Below, piece by piece: positions 59,956 through 64,000 of a DNA stretch of 64,000 bases. The translations under genes were made by a program, and so were the position numbers. The DNA is from Gemmatimonadales bacterium (GTDB lineage: Bacteria; Gemmatimonadota; Gemmatimonadetes; Gemmatimonadales; GWC2-71-9): NCBI GenBank assembly GCA_041613315.1, contig JBFJHJ010000001.1:74152-138151 (forward strand), read 5' to 3'. Under the pieces are notes generated by a model. The model was given only the letters and a program-made list of their open reading frames with translations, did no database searches and was not told where the DNA came from. How positions within the stretch are numbered: the stretch's first letter is position 1; each line of letters starts with the position of its first letter.

Positions 59956-60692
59956 TCGGTGCGACCGCGGCGACGCTCCGGCGGCTTGGCGACGCGCTGC
60001 TCGATCCGGCTCGCGCCATGCGGGTCGCTGCGGTCGACGCCTCGCCCGCCGCGCTCGTGGCGTGCTTGATGGCGCTGCTGGCGGCGCTCGGATGCGCCAC
60101 GCTGCCGCGCCAGCTGGCGCTGGCCGACGCGCGGCTCGCCTTCGTGGGCGATCCGCTGGTCGATGCGCGGCAGTGGCTGATGCGCGGCGCCCTGGTCCGG
60201 GTGATGCTCGCCGACCGCCTCGTGCCGGCGCCGACGGTGCTCCTGGCGGCGGTGCTGCTCGCGGTCGTGGCCGACCCCGTGTTCTCGCTCGCGCGGGACC
60301 GTCGGCGCCTGGTGGCGGCGGTGGTGTGCCTCGGCCTCGCACCCCTCATCGTCCAGCGCGTCGGCGAGTTGGCGCTGACCTACCTGGTGCCGGGGAGCGC
60401 GCTGCCCACGGCGGGCGACGCCGTGAGTCTGCCGAGCCGATTCGCCACCGGGGCGAAGCTCCTGTGGCCGCGCGACGCGCCCGCACCCGTGTGGCTCGAG
60501 GTGCTCGATGCCCGTCTCAACGTGATCACGCTCTGGTGCGCCGCTCTGTGGGTCCTCGGCCTACGCGCGCTGGACGGGGGCCGGCTCGCGCCGTGGCACG
60601 TGGCCCTCCCCGTGGCCTGCCTGGCGGGCGGCGGGTTGCTCAGCTGGATCCTCGGCCCTCCCGCCCTGGCCCTCGTCGTCGGCTCGCCGTAG
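59952..60692 (+). CDS. Yip1-like multi-TM membrane protein
   Basis: GTGA overlap; 'LLDP.RAM' N-terminus then about 5 TM, ending 'LW...L..LG' helix. Confidence 0.55.
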   Translation: MIGATAATLRRLGDALLDPARAMRVAAVDASPAALVACLMALLAALGCATLPRQLALADARLAFVGDPLVDARQWLMRGALVRVMLADRLVPAPTVLLAAVLLAVVADPVFSLARDRRRLVAAVVCLGLAPLIVQRVGELALTYLVPGSALPTAGDAVSLPSRFATGAKLLWPRDAPAPVWLEVLDARLNVITLWCAALWVLGLRALDGGRLAPWHVALPVACLAGGGLLSWILGPPALALVVGSP

Positions 60693-60799
60693 CCCCGCTG
60701 CTGCTCCCCCGGCCCGGCCGTCCGTTGCGCCGACCTCCGGAGCGTTCTAGGTTACAGCGACCAAACTCATTGACAGCTAACGACTTCGGAGAAGGGCCG

Positions 60800-61753
60800 A
60801 TGGATCTTTTTCGCCTCGGATCTTTGGCGATGCTCCAGGCCGAGAGCGTCATCGAGCGGATCGCCGGGCTCCTCGGCGTCAACCTCGCCGACGCCTTACA
60901 GCAGGGGCTCAAGGCGGTCGGCATCGCGGTGCTGGGGTGGCTCGCCTACCGCCTGCTGAAAGTCCTCACCAAGCGGCTCCCGGTGCTTGTGGGAGACGAC
61001 GATCCCACCACGATGAACGAGCGCGAGCAGCGGGCCAAGACGCTGGCACAGCTGTTGAACTCCGTCGGGGGCGTCGCGATGTCGATCGCCGCCGGCCTGA
61101 TGATCCTGAACCTGTTCATCAATATCGGCCCATTGCTGGCCGGCGTCGGTGTGGCCGGCCTGGCGGTGTCGTTCGGCGCCCAGAGTCTGGTCAAGGATGT
61201 CATCAGCGGGTTCTTCATTCTGCTCGAGAATCAGTTCGGTGTGGGCGACATCATCGAGATCAACGGCAAGAGCGGCGTGGTTGAGCGGATCACCATGCGA
61301 GTCGTGGCGCTGCGGGACATCGAAGGGGTGCTGCACCTCATTCCCAACGGCAGCATCTCGATGGTCAGCAACAAGACTCGCGGCTGGGCACGGGCGGTGC
61401 TGGACATCGGCGTGGCGTACAAAGAGAACGTGGACGAAGTCATCCGGGTCATGCGGGCGGTTGGCGCGGAGCTCTGGGCCGACCGCCAGTGGCGGGAGGC
61501 GCTGGCGGAGGAGCCCGCGGTGTGGGGTGTGGAGGCCCTGGCTGACAACTCGGTCAACATCCGCCTCGTGGCCAACACGCAGCCGGGCCGACAATTCGAG
61601 GTGGGGCGGGAGATCCGCCGTCGGATCAAGAACCGCTTCGATGCCGAGGGCATCAGCATCCCGTTCCCCCAGCGTACGCTTCATCTGGGGGAGGCGAACG
61701 CGCTCTTGGAGGCGCTGCACCAGCGGGGGGCCGTGCGGGAGGAGGTCCCGTAG
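60800..61753 (+). CDS. mscS: small-conductance mechanosensitive channel family protein
   Basis: LLAGVGVAGLAVSFGAQSLVKD.ISGFFIL.ENQF.VGD, G.VE.I..R, IPNG.I..V.N, GISIPFPQ. Confidence 0.92.
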   Translation: MDLFRLGSLAMLQAESVIERIAGLLGVNLADALQQGLKAVGIAVLGWLAYRLLKVLTKRLPVLVGDDDPTTMNEREQRAKTLAQLLNSVGGVAMSIAAGLMILNLFINIGPLLAGVGVAGLAVSFGAQSLVKDVISGFFILLENQFGVGDIIEINGKSGVVERITMRVVALRDIEGVLHLIPNGSISMVSNKTRGWARAVLDIGVAYKENVDEVIRVMRAVGAELWADRQWREALAEEPAVWGVEALADNSVNIRLVANTQPGRQFEVGREIRRRIKNRFDAEGISIPFPQRTLHLGEANALLEALHQRGAVREEVP

Positions 61754-61754
61754 C

Positions 61755-63221
61755 GTGGCGCTGCGCCTGTACAACACGCTGACGCGCCGCATCGAGCCGT
61801 TCGAGCCGCTCGCCTCGCCACGGGTGACGATGTACACCTGCGGTCCCACGGTGTGGAACTATGCCCACATCGGGAACTTCCGGACGTTTCTCGCGGAAGA
61901 GCTCCTGCGCCGCTACCTGGAGTCTCTCGGGTACGACGTCTACCAAATCATGAACTTGACCGACGTCGACGACCGCACGATAGACGCGGCGCGCAAAGCG
62001 GGCGCGACGCTCGCCGAGCACACGGCGCCGTTCACGCAGGCGTTCTTCGAGGACCGCGATTACCTGCGGATCACCCCGGCTCACGTCTACCCTCGCGCCA
62101 CGGAGTACGTGGGACCGATGATCGAGCTGGTGCAGACGTTGCTCGACCGCGGACTCGCCTACCAGGGAGACGACGGCTCGGTGTATTACGCGGTGCAGAA
62201 GTTTCCCACCTACGGCCGGCTGTCGCAGGTCGAGCGACGGGAGCTCAAGGCGGGGGCGCGGGTCGCCAGCGACGAGTACAGCAAGGAAGATGTGCGGGAC
62301 TTCGCGCTCTGGAAGGCGGCGGGCGAGGCGGATGAGGCGGTCGGCGCCGCGTGGGACGCCCCCTTCGGTCGCGGGCGCCCCGGGTGGCACCTCGAGTGCT
62401 CCGCGATGGCGCTGACGGAGGTGCGTCGGCGCTTCGGCGTCGAGACGCTGGATCTGCATGCCGGCGGCGTCGACAACATCTTCCCCCACCACGAGAACGA
62501 GATCGCGCAATCGGAGGGCGCGACGGGTCACCCCTTCGCGCGCCACTGGCTCCACGGGGAGTTCCTGCTGATGCAGGGCACCAAGATGTCCAAGCGGTAT
62601 GGCAACATCCTCACCGTCCGCGACTTGCAGGAGGAGGGCGTGGATGCCGCGGCATTCCGGATGCTGGTGTGCACGACCCACTATCGGCAGCAGCTCAACT
62701 TCACGGACGAGGCGCTGCATGGGGCGAGCGAAGGGGTGCGGCGACTCGGCGAGTTCCGCGCGCGTTTGGAGGCGGTCGGACGGTCGGGCGCTCTGGCGAG
62801 CGACGGCGGGCCGCCGGCCGGCGGCCCGACCGCCTGGCCGCCCGAAGCCGAGGAGTTGGAGCGGCGTTTCCGGGAGGCGATGGACGACGACCTCAATACG
62901 CCCCAGGCGGTCGGCGCGGTCTTCACCTTTCTCCGCGCGGCCAACCGTCGGCTGGACGCGGGGGAGTGGGGCGGCCCCGAGGCGGCGGCGGCGCTGGTCC
63001 TGTTCGATCGGGTGATGGGGGTGCTGGATCTGCTTCCGACGCCCGCGGTGGTGGACAGGGCACTCGCCTCGTGGGTCGAGGCCAAGATCGCGGAGCGACA
63101 GGCGGCCAGGCGGGCGGGGGACTATGCCCGGGCCGATGCGATCCGCGGGGAGGTGGCGGCCCGGGGCATCGAACTCGACGACACGCCACAGGGGACGCGG
63201 TGGCGGCCGCGGGGCGGCTGA
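61755..63221 (+). CDS. cysS: cysteine--tRNA ligase
   Basis: YTCGPTV, HIGN, TDVDD, DFALWK, GRPGWHLECSAM, FPHHENE.AQS, KMSK, D.IR....GI.L.D. Confidence 0.97.
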   Translation: MALRLYNTLTRRIEPFEPLASPRVTMYTCGPTVWNYAHIGNFRTFLAEELLRRYLESLGYDVYQIMNLTDVDDRTIDAARKAGATLAEHTAPFTQAFFEDRDYLRITPAHVYPRATEYVGPMIELVQTLLDRGLAYQGDDGSVYYAVQKFPTYGRLSQVERRELKAGARVASDEYSKEDVRDFALWKAAGEADEAVGAAWDAPFGRGRPGWHLECSAMALTEVRRRFGVETLDLHAGGVDNIFPHHENEIAQSEGATGHPFARHWLHGEFLLMQGTKMSKRYGNILTVRDLQEEGVDAAAFRMLVCTTHYRQQLNFTDEALHGASEGVRRLGEFRARLEAVGRSGALASDGGPPAGGPTAWPPEAEELERRFREAMDDDLNTPQAVGAVFTFLRAANRRLDAGEWGGPEAAAALVLFDRVMGVLDLLPTPAVVDRALASWVEAKIAERQAARRAGDYARADAIRGEVAARGIELDDTPQGTRWRPRGG

Positions 63222-63265
63222 GCTCCCCCGGGGAAGCGGCCCCGAACGGACGGTCCCTCAAGCAG

Positions 63266-63294
63266 TTGACTGCCTGCCGAGCGTCGGTTATCCT
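63266..63294 (+). promoter_or_regulatory. sigma70-type promoter of the tRNA-tuf operon
   Basis: TTGACT-N17-TATCCT, 27 nt upstream of tRNA-Thr. Confidence 0.7.
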
Positions 63295-63321
63295 ACAGGT
63301 CTCGCAACTTTTTCGGCCCCG

Positions 63322-63394
63322 GCTGACGTAGCTCAATTGGTAGAGCAGCTGATTTGTAATCAGCAGGTTAAGGGTTCGAGTCCCTTCGTCAGCT
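63322..63394 (+). tRNA. tRNA-Thr(TGT)
   Basis: Acceptor GCTGACG/CGTCAGC, anticodon arm GCTGA-TTTGTAA-TCAGC, GTTCGAG T-loop; CCA not encoded. Confidence 0.95.
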
Positions 63395-63473
63395 CAGTAC
63401 GCGCCTCAGGGACGCTTTGGCGTCCCTGTGCTTTGCCGGCGCGTCGGCAGCGAGGGGACGGGGCCCTGGGCAT

Positions 63474-63556
63474 GGTGGGGTGCCCGAGCGGCCAAAGGGA
63501 GCAGACTGTAAATCTGCCGGCGCATGCCTACGAAGGTTCGAATCCTTCCCCCACCA
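63474..63556 (+). tRNA. tRNA-Tyr(GTA)
   Basis: Acceptor GGTGGGG/CCCCACC, anticodon arm GCAGA-CTGTAAA-TCTGC, long variable arm, GTTCGAAT. Confidence 0.95.
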
Positions 63557-63624
63557 CTCGCGGCGGCGAGGGTAGCACGCGCGGTGCCCTGGACGTCGGC
63601 GCGTGGGGTGCGCGTCGGTTCACT

Positions 63625-63697
63625 GCGGGTGTAGCTCAGTTGGTAGAGCATCAGCCTTCCAAGCTGAGGGTCGCGGGTTCGAGTCCCGTCGCCCGCT
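63625..63697 (+). tRNA. tRNA-Gly(TCC)
   Basis: Acceptor GCGGGTG/CGCCCGC, anticodon arm TCAGC-CTTCCAA-GCTGA, GTTCGAG. Confidence 0.95.
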
Positions 63698-63702
63698 TGG
63701 CC

Positions 63703-63774
<72 letters not shown>

Positions 63775-63872
63775 TGCTGGACGGTGTCCGGATGAGGCAT
63801 GGGGCGAGCGGCGGATCCCCGGCACCTGACGGCGACACGAGGAATCTTCTTCACTTCTAGGAACCGGCAATC

Positions 63873-64000
63873 ATGGCCAAGGCGAAATTTGAGCGGACGA
63901 AGCCGCATGTGAACGTGGGGACGATTGGGCATGTGGATCATGGGAAGAGCACGTTGACGGCGGCGATTACGTTGGTGCAGTCGCGCAAGGGGTTGGCGGA
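63873..64000 (+). CDS. tuf: elongation factor Tu, N-terminus (3' truncated by window)
   Basis: [33 protein letters not shown]; follows Thr-Tyr-Gly-Thr tRNAs as in the classic tufB operon. Confidence 0.95.
   Translation, partial: MAKAKFERTKPHVNVGTIGHVDHGKSTLTAAITLVQSRKGLA

Overview
GC-rich bacterial chromosome segment. Gene content and style are consistent with Gemmatimonadota, which is an inference and not proven. Most of it is housekeeping: gyrB, a DUF721/DciA gene, recF, ogt, udgB, a short rho, yajQ, mtnA, glpK, ccmE/F/H, uvrA, pspA, mscS, cysS, and a tRNA-Thr/Tyr/Gly/Thr cluster leading into a truncated tuf. Many single accessory enzyme and membrane genes lie between these. No transposase, integrase, prophage or CRISPR array was seen. 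The most striking structure is a tandem array of ten small paralogous membrane-anchored coiled-coil genes (53886-56881). Each ends in the motif [ED][LV]x[ED]R[LV]D[FY][ATS]ERxL, and the array sits directly upstream of a PspA/IM30 (bacterial ESCRT-III-like) gene, making it a candidate expanded PspB-like adaptor system. Other notable items: (1) a secreted twin-CX7C peptide with an ABC-type cassette right after pspA; (2) an NHL lipoprotein plus a cytochrome c with 14 canonical and 2 atypical heme motifs separating dciA from gyrB; (3) a Cys-type CcmE; (4) a sulfocyanin-like protein with Glu in place of the axial Met; (5) a doubly frameshifted GAF-GGDEF gene; (6) an internally deleted DUF1835-like relic; (7) several apparently leaderless genes. 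All calls come from motif recognition by eye; no searches were run.
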